A stretch of 64,000 nucleotides of DNA from Callorhinchus milii (Eukaryota): assembly GCF_018977255.1 (NCBI RefSeq), contig NW_024704742.1, forward strand, positions 73,658,001-73,722,000, written 5' to 3'. Positions 38,616-51,489 of this stretch are shown piece after piece (the first letter of the stretch is position 1; each line of letters opens with the position of its first letter). The position numbers were made by a program, and so were the translations under genes. The notes under the pieces are model-generated. The model was not told the origin of the DNA. It worked only from the letters and a program-made list of their open reading frames with translations, and made no database searches.

Positions 38616-41112
38616 AGTCAATGGGCGGTTGTGCAAACAAGAATCCTTTAGATGACCTAAATAGAGTGATATTGCAACAGTGTGGGCCTGTCATCTGTGG
38701 TAATGAAAACACCAAGAAACCACCAGGTCTATTAGATGCAGCATTGCAATCTTTCTCAGCCCTACCTGTAGAAGAACTATCCTGTTATGCATCAGGTCAC
38801 TGGATTCATCTGTCCAATATCTCCTACTGATGCCTGAGAAACTTCATCAAATGAAAGTTCTTGTCTAATTATTCATACTATCCTTCTAACTTCTTTGAGA
38901 AGAGGGAGAGAAATCCATTCTTCACCTTTCAACAAAATACCAACTGCCTCAGTCTTCAACACGCTTTGTGTTAAGTGATACTAAGTAGCTATGATGGCAA
39001 CAGATATCTGCTCAAGCTTCAAGGATGGACACACATTTATATGAAATAGACCAAACCTTAGAACAAACACCCAATGCCTCAAGCCTATATTAAAGAAGTA
39101 AATATGAAAAAAATGCTCCTCAACTATCATCTTATTTTTCATTTCTTGGAAGATTGCTGATGTCTGGCTAGTGTTGTGTTTGGGCTACAACTGACGTAAA
39201 AACTGATCTGGATCAAACTTTGTTTGGAATAGAGGTCACTGCCTTGAATGGCACTGCAGGATGCGTCAATGGGGATGATCCTATTGGATGTGGGCAAGCT
39301 GGACAGCACAAAAGATTTACTCAGCTGGTATCTAAAGGTTGGGCTGATTTGTTATGGATGCTATGGAATTTTCTGTAGGACACTTGGCCATCCGGAAGCC
39401 CCCACTCTTCCCACCCAACAATATCTATCCAGCTGTGACAATGAATATCGAATTTGTTCCTTTGAAGTTGTGATATATCTGCAAAGGAATACTCTTATGA
39501 AAAATCCTGCTAATTTTCCTCTAACCAAGAGATGGATCCGATGTCTCTTTGCATTGCACTGAGATAAATCATGGTTAACTTAAAAGTCAGAAATTGATAG
39601 GAAACTTCTATGTTCCAGCCCAGCTAGGTTTTATATTGGATGCAAGACCAGCTTGCCTTGTTGTTTTTGACCCTAAACAGCCAAAGTAGATGGTGGGAGC
39701 AGGAGGAAAATCTGGGACTTTGGTTTCATGTCCTATCACTGTGTTCGACGCATGTGAAGAACTTTGAGGTATTTCAAAATGTTAGGCATTATCTCAAATA
39801 AATGTATTATTATTATAATAATTATTATTATAGAAGAGACAATAGAATGAAAACATGTCTGGGTCTGCTCTGGGTTAAGGCAGCAGGCAAGAATTGTTTT
39901 TTTTAACACTGTGGATGTGGTACATAATATACTTTAGTAAAGCGGCACTAGGTTCCAAATACATTTTTTTAAAAGAGATTTGGAAAATAATGCGTAGTGA
40001 AACACTTCTGATGGAATTAGATTAAATGTTTGAGCTAAATAAGAATTAAATGGGCACAGAAGAGGAGAGAGATGTTGAATGGAACATCAGTAGGCAAATA
40101 TTCTCCATTTAATGTTCCTGTTTTCTACTAACTCGTCGAGGTTTATAGCAACCTCTGCTACCAAAGAACTGGCAATAAAACTAGAAGGCTGAATATGGAC
40201 AAAGGATATGGCCTGATACAGGACAACCCTATTAGACTGCTGCTGGTTCAGCATGCTTCCCTAGCTGAAACAAAACAACTTCCTGGTTGTCAGGTCACTG
40301 GTGATGTCACTTCCCGTGTGTTGTGCTCTATATGGAAGAAACATCACTGATTTCTCTTACAACATGTTGCACGTGTGCAGAAAACGCCTTTAACATCACT
40401 CGCTGCACATTACACAGGAAGCGTTACTGTCATCAGTTTGCAAAGGAAGTGACACCAGTGGTGCTTTTTGCAAATAGTCCCAGTTTCTTCAACTGATCTA
40501 GTCCTGCAGTATCCTGAAATCAATGTCACAACTAAAATTTGCCCAGATCAATAATTATAAACTACATAATGTTCCAAGTGCATTTTACTCAGCTTTAAAC
40601 AATAACAAATTTGAGTAAGACTTGTTTTGCTGCACAATCCAGGAGGTTTATGTGAAAACAGCTCATGTTTGAATTTTATCTTTACTCCTGGAAAATATCA
40701 AAACTATTGAAGATTTGTTTTTAATAAATAAACACAGGCGGCAGAACAGTTTTCTCAGGTGTTCTGCTGTCTGTGTTTATTTATTAAAAATAAATCTTCA
40801 ATAGTTTGGGTTCAGGTGTCTCTTGCATATCCAAGAGATTTCAGAATGGAATGACAGTCTCCCTCGCTCTCTTGCATTATTGGTGGTATAACATTATGAG
40901 AAGGAATTAATTATCCTACAATTAGCCCTAATCCCACAATGTCCCAGTTGTGTCATGCATTTATATTTTTTGTTCCTCAAGGGTAGACTGAGAGACAGAG
41001 AGCAAGAGACGGGTTTTGTCTCTTTTCGTCTACTAACAGAATCTAAATTAAGGATACAATCAAAAAAGGGCTAAAGATTCAGAAATAAATAATAAATTTC
41101 AGCTAAACAATG

Positions 41113-41700
41113 ATGGGTTCAAACCCCGCATTGGGACTTTAGTTCATATTCTAGGCTGACACTCCAGCACAGTATTGGTGGAGGGCTACATTGTTGGATG
41201 TGCTGCCCTTTGGATGAGATATTAAACCATAGCATGGCTGCCTCTTCAGATTTAAGTTAAAGATCCCATGACATTATTTTGAAAACAAAAGGCAGTTTCT
41301 CCCGGTATGCTACCCATCATTCTTCCTGATAAACTGGTCACTCATTCTATGGCTGCTTGTGGAACTTTGATGGCAGAAATAGTGGTAATGTATGCCTACA
41401 AAAAGAGTTTTTACTTTTGACAGTAAATTCCTGTGAAAAACTTTTGAGATGTTTCAACGCAAGTCCCATGTAAAAATGTAATGTTTATGCCATGGTGTTT
41501 CAAATCAGTGACAACTACAGAACATATATGCCTTTAATACCGTGAGTGCAACAATATAGTTTTGGAAAAAATGCAAATTTGACTGCCGTGTTCACCTACA
41601 AATGGACTTTACACTAAATCCTGTGAAGCACTTTTGGGATGTCCTCCTGTTGTGAAAGGCACTATACCAAAATTAATGATTATTATTATCATTATTATTA
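41113..41700 (+). mobile_element. SINE family A plus a second tail fragment
   Basis: gggttcaaacc box B, ctaggctgacactccag body; second tail ~41570-41700 ending in (ATT)n. Confidence 0.78.
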
Positions 41701-42728
41701 AATTACAGTACATGTCCATTTATGACATGGTTGAAGGTAAAGTTGTGGGTTCAAGCTTATCCAAAATAAAAGTGAGTTGTACATAACGTGTCATTTGTAC
41801 ATGGAAAATAAATTAATCAGTTATTATTCCTATGGGAGAGAAGAAAATTATAGGAGAGTATTTTCAGTTGAAATTCCCAAACTCTCCAATTTTTTAAAAA
41901 TGTAGGTCATTTTGACGTCACAGCACCCCTCTCCATCAGTAACAACATTCTCCAAGTTCAGATCGAGATCCAGCCCCCAGTCCTGGCTAAATCATGGAGT
42001 CGGATCAGGATTTGATCATTCGGAGGAAGTAGACACGAAATAGCAGAATTCCAAAAGGTTGAATAGCTAAAGTTATCTCCATCAAAATAGGCCCACTTTT
42101 TTTAAATAGTCATGTAATGACTTCTTCATGCTGAATGCACTACTTCCTAGGCTTTCCTTCTTCACTATCAGTGACCTGTCATCAGAGATTATCAACACAG
42201 AAGTTTACTGTATGTAGTAGAATTTTAAAAAAACTTTCAGATTACCAATTGTGAATATTTGACAAACAAATTTACAATCTCCATTTGCTGACATATTGGT
42301 TTGAATTTCTTGAAAACAATTTAGGGAACAAGGAAAGAAATGATCCATTCACACTACTGTTGAACCTCAGTTTTATAAATTGCAACTTTAGTTAATGTTG
42401 CTGATGTAGACACAGACATTAAAAGGTATAGTTTACCACCATTTAAAATTGTCATTCGGGGGCTCTGGTTAATTTTAATTCTGGTTAAATGTTTTTTCCA
42501 ATTCTCTTTTTACCTCTATCACAAACTACAATATAAACACAGTACAACAATACCGCAGTATCCATAAATATGGATAAATGCATAGATGAAAATAGCTTAC
42601 CACAAAAAAATTCTGAATGCAAAAGTTCTGTAAATATGCTTGATACTTTATTGCAGCTGCAAACTCTATATTAAACTTTTCCCTTGTTTTGTACAAATAG
42701 GACATTCCTCTTCCATTGTTGTACTCAC

Positions 42729-42825
42729 CCTATATATTGCAGTGGGTGACTCTGGTGAATGACAATCCTGCAGGTGGGACAGGTGTTGTTCTCTTCCAGA
42801 TATTTTACCAGGCAGCTCCTACAGA
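42729..42825 (-). CDS. PCGF3: PCGF3 coding exon 2 (97 nt; FCRSCLVKYLEENNTCPTCRIVIHQSHPLQYIG), second half of the RING
   Basis: tttag acceptor, GTGAGT donor; phase 1 join with exon 1 gives TTC (Phe); completes the RING cysteines. Confidence 0.97.
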
Positions 42826-44379
42826 CTAAAGGACAAACCATCAACAGCTTGTTCTTAACATTCAGCAATCTTCCAACATTCATCACTGAAGCCTGCAATT
42901 TTTGGTTCCTAAACAATCATGAAAGAATTTTTAAAATCCATATATTACAATCAAAATCTCAATATTTGCTAAATATGGTGCATTATTACACATTTATTCT
43001 TTTAAAATTTCTAAACGAGCACAATGATCAAGCAAACTGTCAGTAGCAGCCAACATTGTGAAAACATATTTCTTAATAAGTAGCACTGCTGCTTTAAAAC
43101 AAAATTCAAATAAGTACTGATTTAAAGTGGATCTAATTCAAACAGTACATCAGGATAAGAGCACTCAATTTTTATGGGGTATCATGCTTCTGAAAATAAA
43201 CCATAAAAGCATTTCAAGAATAACTTGCACAAAAGTCCTCAAATGATTCCCTGGAATCAAAAAAATCTGCTTTTATCCAAATAAGATTTTATATAGGTCA
43301 ACCCAATTAAAGTAAGTTGTTCTAAGTTAAGAGTTGATCATTTTTTTAAAAACAATTTTTGGTTGAGATCAGTAACCTTGATTTCTGCATTGGTATTGGA
43401 CATGCCTTATAAGCGACAATCATATTCCTTATCCTAAAGGTCTAAGGGTACATACATTTATTTTGAAGGAAAGAGGTCTGTAAATACACGCCCCTATTCC
43501 ACCTCCCATCCAACACTCAAACTATTCTTGCCTTGTGTTATTAGATACCACCCCACCCTCTCCCACCCCTCCACAGGAGGAAAAATACTCAGAGAACACC
43601 AAAGGCAATTCAGGAGAAAAGTCACCCTGGTGCAGTTCTCCACAATTCCCAAAAGTTGTGTGAGTTCCAAGAGAGGACTGATCCCCTAGCAACATAAGAA
43701 CCTATCCAATTGGAGAGTGTTCATTATGAAAGTGCCGTCCTTCCAGAAAGATGTTCAGGTGGATATTGAAGGCAGTATTCATAGACTAGATGCATAATCC
43801 TCCAGAAAATTCTGGATGTTTTTTCCCACCAAACCCGGGGATTAGAAGGAAAAGTCTCAGGGCCTGACAGAGCATGATTGGGATCTTATGTAAGTTACAA
43901 TGGTGAGCCCACCTTATAATCAAAATGTCTGGGTCGAGAGTACAGGAATACTTCCTCTGAGGAAACAGTACTTAGTGAGTCAATGCCTACACCGTGGTGG
44001 GTGGGGGCAGGAGTTAAGATGAGCCAGATAAAGCTGTTTACTAAAATGGCTAGGTTGGCCTATAACAAGCAGCATTAAGCCCAGGCTTGGACGACAGCAA
44101 CTGCAAGGCATTACTGGAGTCTGAGTTCATGAACGCACGTTCATACATCCAGGGCCTGGAATCCACCTTGATTGGTTTGCATCTGCTCAAGCTCTGCACC
44201 TTCAACTGGTGGAACCATCACTCAATGGGAAGGGATGTGTGTCTGAGCTACAGGCAGGAAGATGGTGACAACGCTCTCACGCATTTCAAGCTGAGCTGTT
44301 TTGTCCACCAGGAAGCTCATAGGGAGTTCCTAGTACCTGCCATCAAACTTGTGCTTGTCGGATGTCAATTGACCAACTA

Positions 44380-44580
44380 GTGCCTATCCTCCTTGGGGAA
44401 GGGGGAGAAGTAAGCTTGGTCCCCTTGAAGCTGAATTGGCTTCAAGCTGACATGCTTGGCAGTGGAATTTCAGATTTGAGCCCATTCTTGGTGGTAGCCT
44501 TGGGTGTCAGTTCGTGAGCCAGGTGGGTCCGCAATATTCCAGGGCACTGCTGATGACAGCCCAGTCATTGGCAGAGAGAA
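44380..44580 (-). mobile_element. Tx1-like LINE 3' coding remnant (same family as ~59020-59170)
   Basis: caatattccagggcactgctgatgac is shared with caatattcagggcactgctggtgac at ~59130. Confidence 0.5.
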
Positions 44581-44799
44581 GGGCTAATATAGTATGATAA
44601 CAAGGTGACAGTATTACTCCTGATCGATCATTTTAATTACCATTGTAGACAATATGTATTTTATGTGATGTGCAATTCTTCATACTGGATGCTTATCCAC
44701 ACTGTTGCCAGGCTTTCTACTATACTGTCAATTTTTAAGTGGCAATATTTCAAATACAAATGTTAAACATTCCTCTCCCACCACTCCCTCCATGGGTTC

Positions 44800-45225
44800 C
44801 TCAAATCAAGCTTCCAAACACCCACAGCACTAAGACTACCTTAGTCAGCAGTGGTACCATCTCTGGCACCAGACTCTGTAAGCCCATCACTCTTTTCCTC
44901 ACTCGGCTACGTTGGCTCCAAATCCCCCGGGAGATGAGATTCAAGATTCATGTTCTCATTTTTAAATACCTTGATGGGTTGGTCCCGTCCAAAACTCTCC
45001 CGCCTCTCAGCAAATCAACCAGCTTCAGAGCCCTCGTCCGCTGTTCCCCATCATTAGTTGGGGAGCCTTCAGCCACCATGCTTCTGCTCTGCTTAACCCA
45101 GAGTTCCTTCACCTTGCCACCTCCCTTTCCCCGCTTTTAAAACCACCTTAAGACCTCTCTCTTCAACACTAACTGCACTCCCCCACTCAGCTCGATCAGT
45201 TATGTGAAGCACTTTGAGGTGTCAT
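44800..45225 (+). mobile_element. Decayed, internally deleted L2
   Basis: HSTKTTLV joined to PIT..LTRLRWLQIP..RFKI..LIFKYLDGL.P. Confidence 0.7.
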
Positions 45226-45887
45226 CATATAAATACATATACATACATATAAATTATTGTTGCTGCACAACAAAGCAACTTGATTTTCTAGCCTCCAAAC
45301 ATTCTATAAAACTATCTCAACTTTCTCTTGTCTAGGAATTGCAAAAACAACTAGAATTAGTTCCCTCCCTAAGGTCAAGAGGGAAGAGACTCGGATGTCG
45401 CAGCAAATTGAATAAAGGTACTTTGCAAGTCACAAGAGCTGATTTTGTCTCGGGTGTCTGAGATGTCAAGCTTAAATTAAAACCTGCTACCTAACCAGGT
45501 AACAAAAGCAAAGATGATGTAAGATCTAACAGAAGAACAAAATATGTAAGCACTCGGATAATTTATCTTGCACAATATCTCGAGATGTGTCTCACAGCAA
45601 ACAAACAAGTCTGAAAATATGTACTGCAGTGGCCCTCAAAACAACTCAAAGTAGACATGCCACAACTGACAATGTTCAACTACACACCAAACACAGTTGG
45701 ATTCAGTACAGTTTTCTAAATTAAAGAATACTCGACCTATTGCATAACTGAAAATAACTTGTAAAATGCACAAAATATTTTTTCCCCAATTACCTATTTA
45801 TAGTATGTGTGGGACATGTCATCTGCCTCACAGATCAAGAACGTCATCTCTACAGCCTACCCGAGACATGCCCTGTTCAATACAGTT

Positions 45888-47866
45888 CAGCATATTGAAC
45901 TGTATCCTCATGTGATGGGAAGCCAGTGAAGCCGGATGAGGATGGGGGTGATAGGGTTGCGTACCCTGGTGTGGGAGAGGACACGGGCTGCAGGGTTCTG
46001 GATGGTCTGCAGCCTATGGAGGGAGGAGTTGGGGAGGCCGACAAGCAGGGAGTTTGCGTAGTCAAGTCTGAATGTTATGAATGCGTGTATGAGGATCTTG
46101 TATGAGGGTCTCGGCAGCGTGTGGTGTGATACAGTGGCGGAGCCAAGCAATGTTGTGGACGTGGGGATAGGCGGAGCGGTTCATCGCATGGATGTGGAGT
46201 ATTAAGGTCAGTTGAGGGTCAAACAGGACACCGAGGATCCGTATTAGTTCCGTGAGATGTAGAGCTCATCCATGGAGGGAAATGCCCAATGCATGGAGGC
46301 GCTGACGGGAGTTAAGTGGGAGGGCCTCGGTCTTGTTGACATTCAACAGCAGGAAGGTTGCTCTCATCCAGGACTTGATGTTTCACAGGCAGTCTGTGAG
46401 GACAGCAGTGGTCCTGGAGTCGAGGGTGGAGGCAGAGAGATAGAGTTGGGTGCCATCCACATACATATAGCAGTTGACCCCATGTCTGCGGATGATGTCA
46501 TCAAGCGGAAGCATATAAATGTTGAAAAGGAGAGGGCCAAGGAAAGAGTCCTGAGGGATGCCACATGCAACAGTGCGAGAGCTGGCGGAAAAGCTATTAG
46601 TGGCGACAAAGTGGAGAAGGTGCAAGAGGTACGATTTGAATAAGGCAACAGCAAGTCTGCGAAGATTGAGATGAGAGGAGAGGAAGTGTATGAGGATGGA
46701 ATGGTCGACAGTGTTGAAGGCAACAGAGAGGTCTAGGAGGACAAGGAGGCAGAGAGAGCCCTGATTGCAGATGTTCAGAGTGTGGTTAGTGACTTGACCA
46801 GGGATGTTTCCGTGCTGTGGGCAGCGCGAAAACCCCGATTGGAGGGGTTTGAAGAGGGAATGGCAGGAGAGGAAAGAGCAAAGCTTGGACGCGACGACTC
46901 GTTCCAGGACCTTGGAGAGGAATGGGAGGTTGAAGAGAGGGCGATAACTGGAGAGAAGGGATGGCTCCAGGGAAGTTTTTTGAGGATTGGGGTAATGACA
47001 GCTGTTTTTAGGGGAGTGAGAACAGTGGTAGTGGATAAGGAGAGGTTGATAATGTCGGTTAAAAGAGAGGCCAGGAGGTGGATCTGGGAGGTGAGGAGAG
47101 GGGTGGGGATGGGGTCGAGGGAGCAGGTGGTAGACTTCATTTTTGAAATGATGGAGGTGAGGGAAGAGGGGGAGAAGGGTCGAAGGTGTATAGCGAGGGA
47201 TGGGTGGGCCCAGGGCATGAGGGGAATGTGCCGAGGGGATAGCGGTGGATGGGGGAGAGGTAACAAAATAAATCCCCTCGATTTTGTATTCGAGCAAGTC
47301 CAACATCTCCTCGGAGTTGGAATTGAAGGAGAGGATGGGCAAGGTGGACGGAAGAGGCGGTTAGTGGAGGAGAAGAGGAGCCTGGGATTATCTTGGGAGT
47401 AAAAAGATGATTTGGCCGAGGTGAGAGCGGAGTGGTGAGTCCTAGTGTGGTTAAGCCAGATCTGTCAATGGACCGTTGGGTTTGATTTGGTTCAGGTACG
47501 TTTAGCGGCGCGTACTTGTGCCTTGAGGGATTGGAGATGGCTGGTGTACCAAGGGGATTTACAGCGATATGAGGCGATTCGGGAGGTGAGGGAAGCAAGG
47601 GAATCAAGGATGGAGGAGAGGGAGTTGTGGAGAAGAGAGATTAAGTAGGGTAGGTCATTGTGAGAGGAGGGTCAGAGGGGCAGGAGTTCGGATGATTCTA
47701 GGTCAGCGGAGAGGGATTGGGGGGAGATATTTTCCAAGGGCGGTAGGTGTCAGAAGTGGATTGAGTAGGGGGAAGAGGGACGGAGATGTTAAGGGAGATG
47801 AAGTAGTGGTACAAGATGACTTTATCAGTGATGGTGAGGCCCTGGGTGATCACCAGGTTGAGGGGG
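45888..47866 (-). mobile_element. L2 LINE ORF2 (late endonuclease through RT), frameshifted
   Basis: YRP..NLPFLSKVLERVV, LQSGF, HSTETSLVK, LLDLSVAFNTVDH, GIPQDSFLGPLLFNIY, YVDGTQLY, RLDYANSLL, LHWLP. Confidence 0.93.
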
Positions 47867-48244
47867 TCTCCAAGGTCCTCCACGGCCTTGCTCCATCCTT
47901 CCTCTGTCACCTGCTAACACCAATTCGACTTGTCCGCTCGCTCCGCACAGCAGGCTCCAGCCTGCTCTACTTCACCCGCCAAGTCCGCCCCACCATCAGC
48001 AGTCGGCCTTCAGCCTCTCTGCCCCTATCCTTTGGAACTCCATTCCACAGTACCTTCCTCTCTCTCCCTCGCCTCCTTCAAAGCACGTCTCAAGACCCTC
48101 CTCTTCGACCGCGCCTTCAGCCTCCCTCCTACCCCTGCCCTACACCCTCCCTGATCCCAATCCCCTGCTCGGGTCCAAATCCCTGATTGTCCAGCACTTT
48201 GGGCCATCCTCCAGAAGTGAAAGGCGCCATACAAATGTAATTTT
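47867..48244 (+). mobile_element. L2 3' end in the opposite orientation to the adjoining ORF2
   Basis: KVLHGLAPSFLCHLL..RSLR..., FKARLKTLLF, tail aaaggcgccatacaaatgtaatttt. Confidence 0.9.
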
Positions 48245-48956
48245 CAACCACTTGACTCTCATGAAAGCTTCAATGCCATCAATAATAATAATTGGTCCTG
48301 AATGATAAGAATTATGTGAGTTTTACTGCTGTTATACTTCAACTGAAGGCGGCCCCTGAGTCTGGCATGAGATAAGGTCTGCATGGTTAATCAGAATTGG
48401 TCTGTGGTGAAGTCTGCTGGGTTGAATTGAAGCACAAAATCTTTTACAAAAGTTAAGTTGTGGTACTACTACGCTCCACCTCATCTCAGTTAACACAAAG
48501 GCCTTGGTGGGTTCTGAATTTAATCATAATACCTTCAGAAAGTTAATTGATAAATAATGTGTGCTCCCAGAAGACTCTATTAGTCACAGCTACCCAATTA
48601 CCATTAATAACCATACTCTTTTTTTCTTATTATCAAGGTAATTTATCATGCAATTTACAATGTCCTCCTTGATCCAATGAGCTTTTATTTTAGGTACATA
48701 TGAGGAAAATATTTTCCATCCACTAAACTGAGTTACATCCTCAAACTCCAACTGATTTGTTGGGCATAATTAACCTGTCCACATGCCTACTTTGGATTAG
48801 TTTAATTGACCTCACTCACGCTAGTTTGTTCCTATTGCTTTCTTATAAAATTCCTTTTCCTCCAGAAAATCATTTGCACAAAAACCTTTTTGAAAAATTG
48901 GAATTACATCAGCTATTTTTGAGCCACTTGAGTCTCATGAAAGCTTCAGTCCCATC

Positions 48957-49304
48957 AATAATAATCCTTGCATTTGATACAGCACATTATCTCATCTTCA
49001 AGACATCACAAAACGTTTCAGTGAATATACTGTAAAGAGTAATGACTATATTTTGTGGGCAAAACAAGGCAACCAATTGCACACAGCAGAGTTCTATAAA
49101 CATTTGTGGGTTGAGTGCCCATACAATTTTTTTTAAGGGATTATTACCCCCGGAAAAGTGATCCGCTAATCAACTAACAACTGGGTTCCTATTTACTGCT
49201 GGGTAAAGAGAGGCATGAGGAATAAGGAAACTTGGCTAACGTTTCGCCCTGCCCAGGAATCAAGCCCAGGTCCACTCGCTTGTGAGGCAAGTGCTCTAAC
49301 CACT
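48957..49304 (-). mobile_element. SINE family B, long form
   Basis: Retains the gcctctctttacccagcagtaaatagg segment also seen in the 2331 copy. Confidence 0.87.
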
Positions 49305-50314
49305 AAAATCAATATTCTCAGATACATTCTATGTGGGGTTGGCATCTAATACATTTGAAAGACCTTCTACTGTATTAACACCCCATTTGACTTCCAAGAG
49401 AATAACTCAAATGGACAGGTGATGGGGACACTCATAGGTGCCACAGTGGTGGCTGCCGAGTCCAGTGCAGGGAAAACAACGCACCTATATAGCTCTTTTG
49501 GCATAAGATGAATGCCACAGCACTTTACAAAAATGATGTGGCTCCCCAAGCAAGGATGGAGGAGGAGTTTGGCCTGGTGGGTTCTGAATTTAATCATAAA
49601 ACCTTCAGGAAGGTAATTAATAAGAAATATATTTTAGGCAGGTAGAGGTTCAAGCAGGAGGGAATTAGGGAGAGAATTCCAAAGAGCCGGAAGATAGTGG
49701 AGAGATGGAATGTGCAGGAAACACGCAGTATGCAGAGTCTGCAGAAGCACTGTGAGCAGAATAAGAGCTAGAGATTTACAGAGGCAGGATGGGGCAAGAT
49801 CGGGAATAATGTGAAAATAAGGATAAAGATCTTCAAATCAATCCATTGGGAACTGGGAGTTAATTTATCAGCATAGCAGATCTTTTAATCCCACTTTGCT
49901 GCCTGTTGATTTTTACCCCTTTGTAAAGAGAAAGTTAAAATAAAATGCTAACTATGTGATAGTACTGAAGGACATCTGTTGACTACATAGACATTGTTAT
50001 CTTGTTATTGTACAAGGAACAGAACTGGACCAAGAACGTGGATTACTCTCACTCATCGTCTGAAAGTCGAGAACATTTTTTTGGTGGGAACACTGCTGAC
50101 ATATGGGTAAATGGGATTCAGATTTTGGAGTATAATTGAGGGTGTTTTAGCCATTGTCAGTGAGATGATCGACTCACAGCTGCCTACTACTCTCCCAGAG
50201 AAGGTAATTGATCAATACTTATTGTCTGAAACCTGGTTATCGCGTCTTGCGATAGTGGGTTGTTGGTTGCTCTTTGTATAATCATTGGCTACTGAACTAT
50301 AATAAAGGAAACAA

Positions 50315-50608
50315 AGACCTTGAATTTGATTGTGGAACCAAACGAGGATGTGGGGCGATGAGCTTGCAGACCTGGTGTGCAAGAGGACACAGGTTGCAGG
50401 GATCTGGATGGTCTGCAGCTTGGAGGGAGGAACTGAGAAATCCGGCAAGCAGGGCATTGGAATAAGTGAGTTTGGACATGAAGGTATGGACAAGGGTCTG
50501 GGAGCTGGGGTAGAGGCAGAAGCAGAGGGAGGCAACATTGCAAAGATTAACGCTCCAAGACGCTACACTGTGTGAAGGGCACTATAAAATGCAAATTGTT
50601 GTTGTTAT
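50315..50608. mobile_element. L2 fragment (minus) joined to an L2 tail (plus)
   Basis: KLQTIQ/YSNALLAG remnants on minus to ~50545, then gtgaagggcactataaaatgcaaattgttgttg on plus. Confidence 0.7.
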
Positions 50609-50879
50609 TGCTGTGAGAAACGCCAAGTGACAGAGCACAGATGACGTGTTTATTTGTGCACATTCCAACTCAACACATATCTCTTGAATTTCTTTGTGTA
50701 GGTGGGATACATGGAACTCTCAGTTTGGTTTGGATACTTTTAAGCATGGTGCTGGATTTCCACATGTGTCAGACAGCTGGCTGACAAAATAAAAGGACAA
50801 ATAAAACAAGTTGGGTGTCTTCAGCGTACAGGTAGAAGTAGAATACATATTGTATGAGAAAAAAACCTACATATGTCGT

Positions 50880-51270
50880 AGGTTGAGATGTTAAACAGAG
50901 GTACCATCTGCCTGTGGGTGAATGTTAAAGATCCCATGGCACTTCTCAATAGAGAAGGAAGTTTTTCCTGATATCCTGGCCAACAATTGGCAAAATAAAA
51001 TTGGTTATCCACTTCAAGGGTGTTTGTGGGATAATGCTGTGTGTAATTGTGCTGCCACTTTTGTCTGCAAATACAGTTAGTTCATTTCACAGTAAATCCT
51101 CTGAAGCACTTTGAGATGTCCTTCTGAGATAAGGCGCAATATCAAATGCAAGGATTATTATTATTACTATTGTTGTTCTCCTATGAAAACACTGCACTTT
51201 ACACTAAATTCTGTAAAGCACTTTGAGACATTCTCCCAATGTGAAGGGCACTATACCAAATGCATATTCT
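50880..51270 (+). mobile_element. SINE family A 3' portion plus an extra tail
   Basis: gagatgttaaac..gatcccatggcact..caaatgcaaggattattattatt. Confidence 0.8.
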
Positions 51271-51489
51271 TACTATGACACGAAGGGGATGCATATAGTT
51301 GGTGAAAAGGAGAAGCCTAAGGAAAGAAGCCATTGGAGGAGACAAAAGGAAGACCTGGGTAGGACGTAAAAAAAAGTACAGAACAATGGGGGTGTAGATG
51401 GGAGGAGAGATGGGGGTGAAGGAGAGATAAAGGATAGAATGCTGTCAAAGATAGCAGAGGAGTCGAGGAGAACAAGGAGGAAAATGGAC

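Noticed and set aside
46272..48234. Long ORFs of 120-319 aa on both strands
   Set aside because: Frameshifted L2 ORF2 pieces with a degenerate catalytic motif (YVDG for YADD) and their antisense shadows; not host genes or an intact element.
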